In this document: in pieces, positions 52,601 through 64,000 of the stretch
Numbering within the stretch: the first letter of the stretch is position 1
Layout of the letters: each line of letters starts with the position of its first letter
Assembly: GCA_963924565.1 (NCBI GenBank)
Contig: OZ004607.1
Coordinates: 30,690,001-30,754,000, forward strand
Origin: Ascidiella aspersa
Taxonomy: Eukaryota
DNA: 64,000 bases
Reading direction: 5' to 3'
The notes under the pieces: generated by a model
What the model was told of the DNA's origin: nothing
The model's database searches: none
What the model saw: only the letters and a program-made list of their open reading frames with translations
Translations under genes and position numbers: made by a program

Positions 52601-55599
52601 GCTGTCTTGTTAACGTCTGAACAAACGCAGCAACTGGGCAGAGGAACGATGCTGCTTTAAAGCGGTGCTAAAACGCCAAGTTTGTTCTATTTTAAACAAT
52701 CTAAAGTCTGTAAAGAAAAGCAACAAAATCGTTACTGTTTATTTTAGTTGCACGCAAATCACATTGCCCTCGTAGAAATGATGGCTGAAATCAACGAGTA
52801 ACTCTATGTATTGCCGTGAGGCAAATGTACAGCGATTAATCGTCACGCAGTTATTCGATGTGTGCTTTACAAGGAAAACCGCGCCTTACATCAACTTTGG
52901 ACCATGACAATTTTCATAGTTATTCGAACAGTATTCGCCTATTCAAACTTAACAAAACTTTCCGTTCTGTTGTTGTGCGGAATGTAAACCTGCATTCTTC
53001 ACAATAAATGATTAACCTCCTTCACAGATGCAACTCATGGTTTAACCGGGCGCTAATTTCCCATCTGATGCAATGCTATCGAATGGATGTCTTCACGGGT
53101 GCTTCTACTACCTGAATGTTATTAGTTTAGTGATCATGGCTACTGATTAAGGCCTTCTTTTCAAACAAGCTTATGTGTCTTTCACCATTGGCTGACTGGT
53201 TTAAAAAGAACTTAATTTTCAGCTCTGTGCCGTGCAAAACTCACAAAACATGGCTAGCAAAAAAAGAGCCGCCAGGTCTACAAGTTGCCATGTAAACTTG
53301 CCTAATAGCCCCTGCTTTCGCCGCCGAGCGAGTCTCTAATGTGTTGGCATTGCGCTTAAGCTCGCCTCGCCCGTTCTACACACCCGTGTGCGGTTCTAAT
53401 TCGGGGATAATCCAAAAAATAATTTCCTTCGCGCGTCGCCACGGCCCTGGCAGCGATTTTACTCTTACCGATTCGGCGCGACGTCGACGGGCTAATGAAG
53501 GTTTTCCGTCTCTCGTTGCGAGCAAGACTCCGAACAAAACTGTACAAGAAAAAAGCGCCGCTTCGAGAAAGGCGGGGGCGAGAAAGCTGTTCACGCCGTT
53601 GCTACTACGACGTCTTCCTTTGTTACGTCGATCGGTCGTGACTTACGTCGTTACGCACGACATTAGCTAAAGCAAGCGACTGTCAATTTTTTTTGAAGAT
53701 AAAAACATGCAACGTAATGTGGAACTTTCGAGAAGAGTTTTTCTTAACGTAAAAATTTGACCTGCACATATAGGTAGCGCCTCTAACAATGCGTGTAAAT
53801 CGCGCCTGTATAATCCCTTCAATTTTTGTATATGACCAGCAGCCGTGTTTATCTATTTAGGATGCGAATGATAAAACTCGCAAATCAGTATCGAGGTTAC
53901 AAATTTCTAGTTCAACAACATATGAAGTTTTTCGTTTCTCTCTACTACAATTTTGGGAAGGCGCGCCCTTTCAATTGTATGACACAAAATATACCACTTG
54001 TAAAAAACATATACCACTTGTAAGGTACTTGTAAAATATTTTCTTTGTCGTTTTGAGCAAAGAACTACAACAACTGTTAGCTTTCAGGCACCTTTTTAAA
54101 TTATTCTGACCACCAATCTTAGGTAAAACCGCAAAAGGCCTGCAGTTAACTCCTCACAGTTGTCTCTGGGCAGTTTTAAGTGGCGTACACACGCTGACTA
54201 GAGCACCAACCACTTTTAAGGTCGATTGATATACGCCCGCCTAAATCTGTAAAACTAAATTAAAACCAGGCCGTAGTAAACAATCAGCAATTTATTATTA
54301 CTTGAAAAAATCGATTTTAAAAGCTTGTATATTCGCGGGATAGGAGTACTCGATGGGCCCCGGCGCACCCCACTCGAACACAATATACGCCATATGAGTA
54401 CCGACGATTACCGCCACTTAAAACACATTGTAGTGCTGTGAAGGATTTGACAGGCTTTTTGCAAGGAATACACTAAACGCCTGCAGAATTGCAGTATGTG
54501 TCATGCACTAAGTATAGCAATGATTTGCTGCGGCAAATATTAATCCTTGTGCGCCTTTGATGTCTGACAGTCCGGTAGCCTAAGTTTCTGATCTAAATTT
54601 GACCTTCATAAACCTTGGAAAAGTCAGGCGACTCATCAGCACAAACTTTACTTTTTTGGTGAAGGTCATTATCTTAGATGAGGATGTATCAGACAAGGTT
54701 TCTCATTTTATTTTAAATTATTACACAACTCATTTTTATAAGAATGGATTTTTCTGCCGATTCACGTTTGTTTTAAATTTGAAAAAAAAACACATCAGTG
54801 TTACTATTTGTATTACGTAAAAAACAAGCGTCTACAGGGAATAGTAGAGCATAATTCATGCTTAGGTATAGAGCCTGTCAGCGGTTTCACCTTTTAAACC
54901 TTAAATCAGAAGTACGAAAGCCAGTTCACAGCAGCAATAGTTATTTTACACGACATGTTTTGTTTGGACAAGGGTACGACTGGCAGGGCTTCAGCTAATT
55001 AAACAAGGCCCCTCTGTTTACATTGATCGAGCCCGTTCCTCATAAGCCTTATTGCAGAGACTGTAATCGCAATTTCACGAAGTCCCCAAGGATACTGTCG
55101 TGGATGTGCCGACTGTCCCGTTTAATTGGACTCTGATAGAAAAAGACAGAAGGTATGGCGCAACCTATGCACACCTTTGTGATTTGGTGTCTGCCTATTT
55201 TCTGCACGAAATCGATTTGAATCAGCTACAATCCATCTGTCTGATATCAAAGAATCGGCCCATATGCTACCTTAAACTTGAATTCATAACTGGTATGCAA
55301 AAAATATAGGCTGTATCTATCAAACGATAACACTATTAAACTGCTGTCAAAACGAATAACCTTCATTCTTGTTACTGACAATACCGTTACAATAGGCTAC
55401 TAATCTAAGTTTCGGTGAAAAAACACACAAACGCTTCGCGAATCCAAAACTGGGCTGTTGAAAAGTGTCAGTTTCAATCTTTATCTGTGTTATCCTTTTA
55501 GCAAACAGGCGCTTTGTCAGCTCTGCCAGCAGAGATCAGTTTCAGCAGGCGCAGAGTTAAGAGTTAACACAGCACCCGACCGAAGCACAAGCGAGCTCG

Positions 55600-56000
55600 C
55601 TCAACTAGTTAACAACTATGGGTCGTCGGTGTGGATTTCTTTACAATACAGCTTTCGCGCACAAAGTAAACAGCTGAAAGGGGCCGCGAAGCCCACGTAG
55701 GATCTTTTATGCGAAAGGGCGATGTCCATTTTACGTGGGCGTGTGCTGTACAGCGGAGGGGCTGCTTCGTCGCGCTCTATTGTCATTTGCCCACTTAAGT
55801 TGGGCGGCGAAGCGAAACCCGCGAACGAGCTTCGAGTTTTTGGAATCAGCTGTTTCGCGCCGCGCAGAAGTGCCCCCAACTGAAGTGCGCGTTGGCGAAG
55901 GTGCGATTTTGCGCTGCTTTTGTGCTGTCGGGGTCTTGTGGGCGGAAGTGGCCGCTGTTTAGCTGCTGGAGTTCAGCTTCGTAAGCAGCGAGCAACCAGA
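55600..56000 (-). promoter_or_regulatory. GC/CpG-rich island, candidate TRAF4 promoter or non-coding first exon
   Basis: CpG-rich block between the GDPD1 3' end and the TRAF4 ATG exon, with TATA-like CATAAAAG on the minus strand at ~55704-55711. Confidence 0.35.
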
Positions 56001-57842
56001 GATAAAGAAGTGCGCCTTTGTCGAATTGAAGTGAGATAAGACGCTGCTGTCGCTTAACAACGCAATACTAAAACACCATTGGTCCATACATAGGTTTATG
56101 CAAACGATCATTGCCCAACAAGAGACATATCCTCAACAATAATTATTTATGACAAATACAGCATTTTTATTCAGCGCGATTAAACAAATAGCCTAACACT
56201 GCATTTATGCCATTAAAATTATATAATTTTATTGCAAGATTTTATTGTAATGCTGTAATTGAATGAGACGTCGTTTGCTTAAGTTTTTTTTATTTAGATC
56301 GCAAGCCCGCCATATCTCCTCAACCACAACCCACAGTGGCATATGGACATATTAGGTTTAACTGATAGACATACGAATACACTGGCCTTGGACCCAAGAG
56401 TATTGGGAGGCACACAGAAACTAATTTGCCGCACAAAACAGTCACACATAGCATACTAATAATAAGAAGGACAGACACTAATGAGCAGACTACTTGGTTT
56501 AAGTAACTTAACGGTCTCTGATTAATGCTATTTAGTCGAAAATATCGCCAATTTCAAAGTCCAAAGATGTAGCCTAACAGTTTTGGCAAATTTAACAAAA
56601 AATACTTGTTTCATACAAATTCAGTTTATTGTAAGGCAATATGTTTTTCCTTTGTTAAAACTTCTTAGTGTCTTAGTGCGCTTTATTTTTGCACTAATTG
56701 ATTTAACTAATGGACATTACTGCTATCATACTCCGCGCCCTGCATAGACTTTGTTTGAAATACTTTGACTCCACCATGCGGTAGAAGTTTTCCTACCAAT
56801 TTTAGTTTTGTATTGAGTTGAAAAATAATCTCTTTATTTAATAATACTAAAAAGGGACAGTAAAACCGCTAAAATTTGGTTATTTATCTGTATTGGTAGT
56901 GCTTTCATGGCTATTTAAATAGTTTGTGGTGTAAGTTAGATGTTTACTAATTTGCAACATTTTTATTAATGCTATTGTTCGCATATTTCAACAGCCCAAA
57001 TAATGCTTTTTGCGAGCAAAAATAATAAATTGACGTTTAAACGCTGGGAAAGGCACTTGCTTATCACAAACTGGAGAGGCTTTATGGTTCCTGTAGTTGA
57101 GGACAACTATTTGTCAAGGATAATTAGGTTATCAAAAAAATCACTCCGAAAATATAAAACCGTGGCAAATCTTAATTTACGTTCTTTGCAACACCAAAAC
57201 AGTTCATCAATGCAGAAACATGTTGACAAAGGCGGAAATTCAGACATGAGCTTGAAAAACATGAAACAGTACAATGATCTGCAGTTTCTTTAACTCTACA
57301 GTAGGTAGTTACCGTCCTAAATAAAGAACTAATTATCTAAAATAACACAGGCCTTACAGCGATAACAAATAAAAATACAAACATAATTAAAATACACAGT
57401 CGTAGTATGTGACGCCTATTGATAATAACCCAATCTAAACAGCGCTCGAGTAAAACACAATATGATAAAAGTGCACCACAAAAGTGAAACAATAATGAAA
57501 GTGTTTACCCCGATTCAAAACAAATCGTAAAACTTAAAATCTCCTAATTTAAAAACTTCAGTAAATAAATGATTTTAAAATAAGCACATATTTTTAAGAA
57601 ACATAAATAACGAAGTGCGTTAAAGTTGTTACTTGAATTTTAAAGATTAAAGGAAAAAAGCGTGTCCTTCGCATTCAAACACACATGCTTTGGATAAATA
57701 CAAAATTATTACAAAACAATCGACAATTTTTTAAATCGTACAACACACAACATGCAGATTGAACTGGCGATGTAGTAAACGAAATTTACAAACGATTTCA
57801 TTTTGCTTAACGCTTACGTATTTCAATCATTTACTAAACAAT

Positions 57843-60647
57843 CTAAGATCTTTTTCCAACCCAGTACTGTGGATTTTCATTTAACCAGTTGGTGAGTTTG
57901 TGAGGGCAATCTGTCATTATACCTTCAGCACCGGTTTTGAATGCAGTCTTGAAGTCTTCTTCTTCGTTTAGCACCCAAAGATAGGTCTAATGAACAAGAG
58001 AATTTTTAATCCTATTTTTTTTCTATGATGTATTGACAGGCAATAGCACTGAAGTAGAAAATATTAACACGGTTAGAACAGGAATGGCGTAATAAAAGCA
58101 AACAAAAAACAAAACAAGTTATGCTTTTTAACATCATGCTATTTACGAAACACGTCTTTGATTGTTTTTTTCTAAAATTGATTTTGATTTCCAAATAAAG
58201 TGTAAGGAAAAAGAAGAAGTGCGATAGGCATTTATACTTCAAGGCAAAATAGTACCGACCTTTATCCCTCTAGCTTTTAGGTGGTTGAACAAAATGCGGC
58301 TGGACAGCAGAAAGCCTGCCGCATTGAGTAGCCTTTTCTGTGTTGGTGACATATTGAAGTTAACCCTAAACGAGCATCATTTTTTAAGTTGTTGATATTT
58401 TACTAACAAATAAACAAAACAGTCGTGTTATAACAACTTTAATATTAAATACCTTTTAAAACAACATGGATGGGGTATTTCCAAGAAGCTCTCCTTAAGT
58501 GGGATGAAAGGCAACAAACCAGTGTAAAACCACAAATAGACTAGACTAACTTTTTTCATCGAAAACAAAAGGGGAACTTCGGGATTCTGAAATGACAAAC
58601 AATTAACATTAATTTTATTGGGCAGCATATTTGCAAATCCTAGAGTAATAATTGGCAATGAAGTACAGCTGTTTCTTGAAAGAAAAGGTTATCAAAATAG
58701 CATCAGACAAAATTTCAATTGTACTTTATCTTCATGAAGGAAATTTTCAAAATGCCGGTAGAATTAACCATGCATGGTATATGTGGTCTGGGGCTGCAGT
58801 TTGGTGACCCCAGTTATATGGTAACCAGAGGTTATAAAGCAGCAATGTGAATAATATTAGTTTGTAAATATCATTGACATAGCTGTTTTATGCAAGTGCT
58901 GTTTAAATTAAATTGAATCAAAATATTAGATGTAATAAGGAAAAGATACGATTGCTGTAATTAAAATACACAGTCAAAAAACTTTACATAACACCCAACC
59001 AAAAAAAAGTAACATAACATAACATCCATTGATACTAAAATGTTAGAAGTATGAAACATACCAGCTTGTAAAGTTCTTCACATGTAGAGGATCTAAAGTT
59101 TCCCCAAACTGTAATTTTTTCTCTGTTGTACTTCTTGATCAGTCTATTTGCCTAAAGGTAATGAGCATGTTAATAATTATATTATGCAACTGTTATTATA
59201 TTTTTACCAATTCAATATAAAAAGTATACGCATTAAAATTTATTTACCATTTTACTTATTTGATAATGGATAGTAATAATAAAGAAAAGCTCTGCCTTCT
59301 CGTGGTATGCATGTACAGTGTACACAGTTTCCATGGTTTCACACATGTGTTAGCATTGACAGCATTACACTATTGTAAATTCTCTAAAGTGTCTTTATAA
59401 AATTATATTAAATTAGGAATCAACAGTTACAACACACTTAAACATAATTGATGAATTTTTGGCACCAGTTGAAAGACAAATATTAAAAAAAAGTCCATCA
59501 GGAAAAAATCACAAAAAACTTACCTCTGCTGGAAGCTCCTTTGAAATCCCTTTGATGTCCAAATTAATTGGAGTGTTGGGAAAAGTCTTGAAGACCTCTT
59601 CCAATGTTGGAATCTGTTCTCGTTTGCCATGGTTATCACAATTGACTGAACCATAAAATGTTACGTTCAAGGAATCTTTCAAGAGGGGTAACTCCTGTTA
59701 TAATATAAAGCATACTGTGAATCCACATGAATTTGGTAGTTTAATAGTTGAGTGTAATATTAATGTATATGCATGATTTTTACAAATCTATTCTGGTTTA
59801 AATAAGGAGTCTTTTAAAAAATAAGAAAAACACAATAAAATACTTTTGTGTAGAAAATAATTTGAGATTAATTATACTGCACAATGTTAATATAAACTTT
59901 TTTGTTTTGACTCTTTTAAACAAATCAACACAACAATTTAGTCTATTTCTGAGTAACAGAGTTTGTATGCAAGCACCACCTGCAAGCATAAGCATAAAAC
60001 TAACCTCAAAGTTGAGGTCAGGTATCTTATCTTCGCAATCAGCACAACGCTTCAAATCCTCATCATGAGATACAACCACAACCTTATCTTTTGTCATTTG
60101 CACGTCCAATTCAAGCATTTGACTCCCAGCATTCACAGCACTGAAAAATAAAGACATGCCAATCAATGTTACAGGTGAAGTGACTACATTTCTATGACAG
60201 GCATAAATGCAAAAATCCAACTGATAACAAAAAAAATAAATATATAGTTCTTTTTAAATATATAACTAACTTTTCATAGGCAGCAATGGTGTTTTCTATC
60301 TTTTCCGCCGCACCTATGGGAGAAATGGAAGAAGGCTCTTGATAACTACAAGTTTAATGTAAATTGTTCACTTAGAAGATACGGTTTTTGGTTATACATA
60401 CAGTGTTATAAATAACAATATGTAGATTATTTTTTGCCAATTTAAAAACAATATATTTTCTATAATTATTCCACATTTTTTTATTTACTGTACCTCCTCT
60501 GTGGCTTATATGTGCACATTGGAACTTGTGCTTCTTCTGCTTGTGCAAAATGGAAGGACAGTTTAACAAGATGATAGAAGTAGTGACATATGCGCCAAAT
60601 GTTCCCAATATAGCATAACCCACAGTGGCACCTACACTTAATGCCAT
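57843..60647 (-). CDS. GDPD1: Lysophospholipase D / glycerophosphodiester phosphodiesterase, GDPD1/GDPD3-like; exons 60647-60494, 60313-60271, 60140-60005, 59694-59524, 59151-59062, 58586-58453, 58365-58260, 57986-57843; 325 aa
   Basis: N-terminal TM segment, ISHRGGAAEKIENT, MLELDVQMTKDKVVVVSHD, IPTLEEVF, NLDIK, FYTGLLPFIPLKE, YLWVLNEEEDF, GIMTDCP. Splice phases are consistent. Confidence 0.93.
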
Positions 60648-60710
60648 GATAAATTCCTAGATATGCAAAACAGGTTATCAATTTTCCAAGACGGTGATTT
60701 AACATTAAAG

Positions 60711-61014
60711 GGCGCTGGTCTAAAATCCTACCAAAACGAACTTTACTTGGGTTAGCGTTTGGGTAGGTTAAGCAATATTAATAAAAGATTGACCCACTAA
60801 CCGTTCTGGTCTAGAATCCTATCACATTTATTGTAACACTAATGAAACGAGTTGTCAAAGTTCAAATCGCAAGAAAGGCATATAATTATGTAACAATAAA
60901 TTTAATAATAATACTTGACCAACCAAAACCCAAACGCTAACTCTCACCCTAACCCAAATATTTTAAGCAATACAAACCCCGAAAGAAAATGTGGTAGAAT
61001 TCTAGAGCAGCGCC
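60711..61014. mobile_element. Fold-back element of the 14581 family directly upstream of GDPD1
   Basis: GGCGCTGGTCTAAAATCCTACCA / TGGTAGAATTCTAGAGCAGCGCC, with core TACTTGACC..CAAACGCTAAC..CCCTAACCCAAATA. Confidence 0.85.
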
Positions 61015-61581
61015 AAAAAAACCTCGGGTGTGCAGCTGCCACTTAATAGACTGGAGTGCAACCGAACGTAGTTCTGCGATATAAACGATGAATATATAAG
61101 AGACCTAATTGATTTAGCCATATGACTATTCAGACTAAACTATCATCAGACTTTCTACCTTTCGCTACAGCTACTAGTTTATTTTATGCCAATCTCTGGT
61201 ATTATACATGCTAAAAAATAAAATAAAATGCACTTTTTGATTTGACAAACCTCCGGTTGATTTTTACCTAGTCATGATGACTAAAATATATCACATCGCT
61301 TTACCCAAATAAATTATAATCTCTTTGCTTTTACCTGGTGAGTACTTTCAACTTTGAACCTAGCTAACCCTATAATTAAAGGGTTTAATTTATTTAAAAA
61401 AAAGAAATATATTTAAATACATATAAAGTTAGAGAATAGAACCCCTCAGTGAAAATATTTTCAGATTTATTAAAAACTGCATTTCGCCTAGGGGTATTTA
61501 CCGCAAAATTCACATGCCTTTTTAAAAACAAAACAACAAGGTTTGGCAAATACTTTTAAACCAAAATTAAGTCACAGGCAA

Positions 61582-61777
61582 AATAAGGTATAACGAATTC
61601 TTAATGCAGCTACTCGCAACGTTAAAAAATATTTTATGTTTATTTAGGCAACTGTTGAGTGTTGACCTAGAAGTAGAAATATGAAAATACTTGACCTACC
61701 CTAACCCAAACGCTAACCCGTAAGCCGTAACCTTACCCAAATAAATAGCTGCACTAAGCATTACCTTATACCTTATT
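61582..61777. mobile_element. Same core flanked by a third type of inverted repeat, upstream of PUS3
   Basis: AATAAGGTATAACGAATTCTTAATGCAGCTA / TAGCTGCACTAAGCATTACCTTATACCTTATT surround TACTTGACCTACCCTAACCCAAACGCTAACCC. Confidence 0.75.
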
Positions 61778-61884
61778 CTGACTTGATCTACCTTATCCTG
61801 CCTACCATTGGGTCAAAGTATTCTCCATAAGGTTTAGTAGTGTTAAATATTAAGTTTTATTTAGATACCAGTATTAAGTCCAAC

Positions 61885-63808
61885 ATGTCAATGAAAAGCA
61901 TACTACTCAGACACTGGACAATACCATTTAAATCGAATCATGTTCGACCCTTATGTAATAACCACACGAATATTTCTCACGACCCTAAATCCGCTGAAAG
62001 TGAAGAAATTCCGGGAAGACTTAATATGATTAGATACACAAATTTCAAATCAAATTATGACTGGCAATATCTAAGCACCTTGTCCAAAGAGGATCTTATT
62101 TACAGGTAAAATTTTTTTATAAAGTTACCATTGCAATTTATGAAACAAACAATCTTTTATAATAAGTCACCTTGTTTTTCATTCCATGTTAACCTAAATT
62201 GTATAGAAAACAGCTTGTGTGAAATTTAAAATAAAGATTTTTCTACTAAAATTTCGCCTTAGCTTAAAGTGTCAAGCGTGATACAATAGAAAAAATTACA
62301 AACTCTGCTTAATATTTGCTTCTACAAGCTCTGCTTAATCCTTGTTTAAGTGATTTGTCAATGAATACAGGCTCATTTTAACATGTTTATGGTTCTCTCT
62401 TTTTAGACTAAGCAGAATTCAGCGAAAGCTGGATCATTTTCAAGAAATTTGTGACCCCAAAAACGTCGATGGACGTGACAAGGTTAAAAGTTGTGTGCTG
62501 ATTTTAACTTTTTTTGATTGGATCTATTAAAGAAAACCACATTTTTAACAAAAACTTAGTCATTCCCACCACATTTACGAAAAAACAATCACAAAATTTT
62601 AAGTTATTGTAGTAATTTTAATTGTTAGATTTGTTTAAGCTTCTATGTAGTTTAATAAAATTGTAGTTGATTACGTATTATAAAAATATTTTTGTTTAAC
62701 ATAGATCAGAGTGCCCCATCCTGATTTATCTCAACACTGGGAAGAAGCCACAGGCACAAGAAGAGTTGCTTTTAAGATCACATACATTGGCTGGCAGTAT
62801 TTGTCATATGCCTGGAGTGGTACTTCAATTACAAATTGTAAATTCCTTATGAGAAGCAATATATATTCTCCTATCATTAAGTTTTTCTATTAGTTTTAGT
62901 ACTGATTGTAATTTTATGTGTGTAGTGTTTGTATTTTTAGGACTAGGTAATGCAGTTTTGTTAACTACCTAATATTGTTGTTTTTTCGGTAGCTGCCCAA
63001 CATACAAATGTGGTGGAGCGGGTTTTACTTGAGGCATTGTTTCGCCAACGGCTTCTTCACAGCACAAACAACATCAATTTGGATAGGTCTGGTAGAACAG
63101 ATAGGGAAGTCAGTGCAGTTTCCCAGACAGTTTCTGTTCCTGTAAGGAGCAGATTGGATTATGGGTTGGTATTTTATTCTGGTGTTTACATCCTGTTTTC
63201 AACAATTTTGTGTAAAAAACAATTTTTTATGTAAGTTCTAGTAATTAAATTGACTATTTGTTTGTTTTAAGATGTTATAATTTCTATAGGCCCAATAAAG
63301 TTTATATTTATGTGTAGTCTGAATAAGGTTGAGTTTTAATTGCAGGTTTGGTGTTACAAGAAAACTGAAGCCTGGCGAAGCAACAAATGGGATTGTTTTC
63401 GGCAAAAGAGTATACCTCGAAGAGGGGATTTCGTAAGTCTTTCTGTAAATTGATTGTGAACATTTTCAACAGAAATTGAAATCAATAAGAAATTCTACAT
63501 TTTATGCAAGTAGTCTTATCTGTGTGTTTTAACTACAGAACTGCTTAAAAGCCATGGTTCTCAGCATGTGGTACATTTATAAAATAAGGTACACAGCACA
63601 ATGTAGGCCACGTAGAGGTAAAACAGCTTCCTGTATCATTATTAGATATTCCTTATTAAACTTTGCCTGTGTCCAGAAATTCCGACACCTCCTTGGATGA
63701 AGGTGAGCTCCCATATGTTCAGCTTCTAAACCAGGCCCTGCCCCTCGATATCAGAGTGCTGGCATGGGCGCCCGTGAGAAGCAAGTTTTCCAGTCGATAC
63801 TTATGCAG
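61885..63808 (+). CDS. PUS3: TruA-family tRNA pseudouridine synthase, PUS3-like (3' partial); exons 61885-62105, 62407-62482, 62705-62837, 62993-63164, 63346-63432, 63677-63808
   Basis: RRVAFKITYIGWQY, VERVLLEAL, SGRTDREVSAVSQTVSVPVRS, ELPYVQLLNQALPLDIRVLAWAPV..FSSR. Splice phases are consistent and the gene continues beyond the window. Confidence 0.85.
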
Positions 63809-64000
63809 GTTTGTACACTGCTTTTTGATATCAAAGGCTTGTTAGTACGGATTTTGAGTGGCGCATTTGATTGCCGTCACAACTATAGGTCAGGTCGCCG
63901 TGTTTTTCCTGAACAATTAAATGTGTCGAGTGGAAGCCTCAATTTCATTGTTTTTGGATATATGAATAATCACCTTTAGTTTGCATTTGGGACTTGTTGG

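Noticed and set aside
30640-54030. Short local duplications (~30644/30693, ~32538, ~44950, ~49892/50055, ~53990) as a possible CRISPR-like array
   Set aside because: Each has only two or three copies, with no regular spacers and no cas genes, in a eukaryotic context.

Overview
Eukaryotic (metazoan) genomic DNA with spliceosomal GT-AG introns. The gene types (an LDLa-repeat GPCR without LRRs), compact introns and mosaic CpG depletion suggest an invertebrate chordate, probably an ascidian; this is inference. Genes I could assemble by hand, in order: (1) a ~1,910-aa GRL101-like GPCR (+) with a signal-peptide exon, one 5.6-kb exon, about 30 LDLa modules and a recent 1,101-bp internal duplication; (2) an intronless, multiply disabled SLC43A3-like copy (+); (3) URI1 (-, 7 exons, apparently short); (4) an orphan 94-aa coiled-coil ORF (+); (5) TRAF4 (-, 8 coding exons, 471 aa) with a 16.8-kb CpG-rich first coding intron holding an RPS11 retrocopy; (6) GDPD1/3-like (-, 8 exons); (7) a divergent PUS3-like gene (+) that runs off the window. 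Intergenic and intronic DNA holds nested hAT MITEs with 8-bp TSDs. It also holds a family of fold-back elements in which one telomere-like core (TACTTGACC..CTAACCCAAA) sits between three different inverted-repeat arms. No tRNA, rRNA or CRISPR array was found. All family assignments come from recalled motifs, not database searches.
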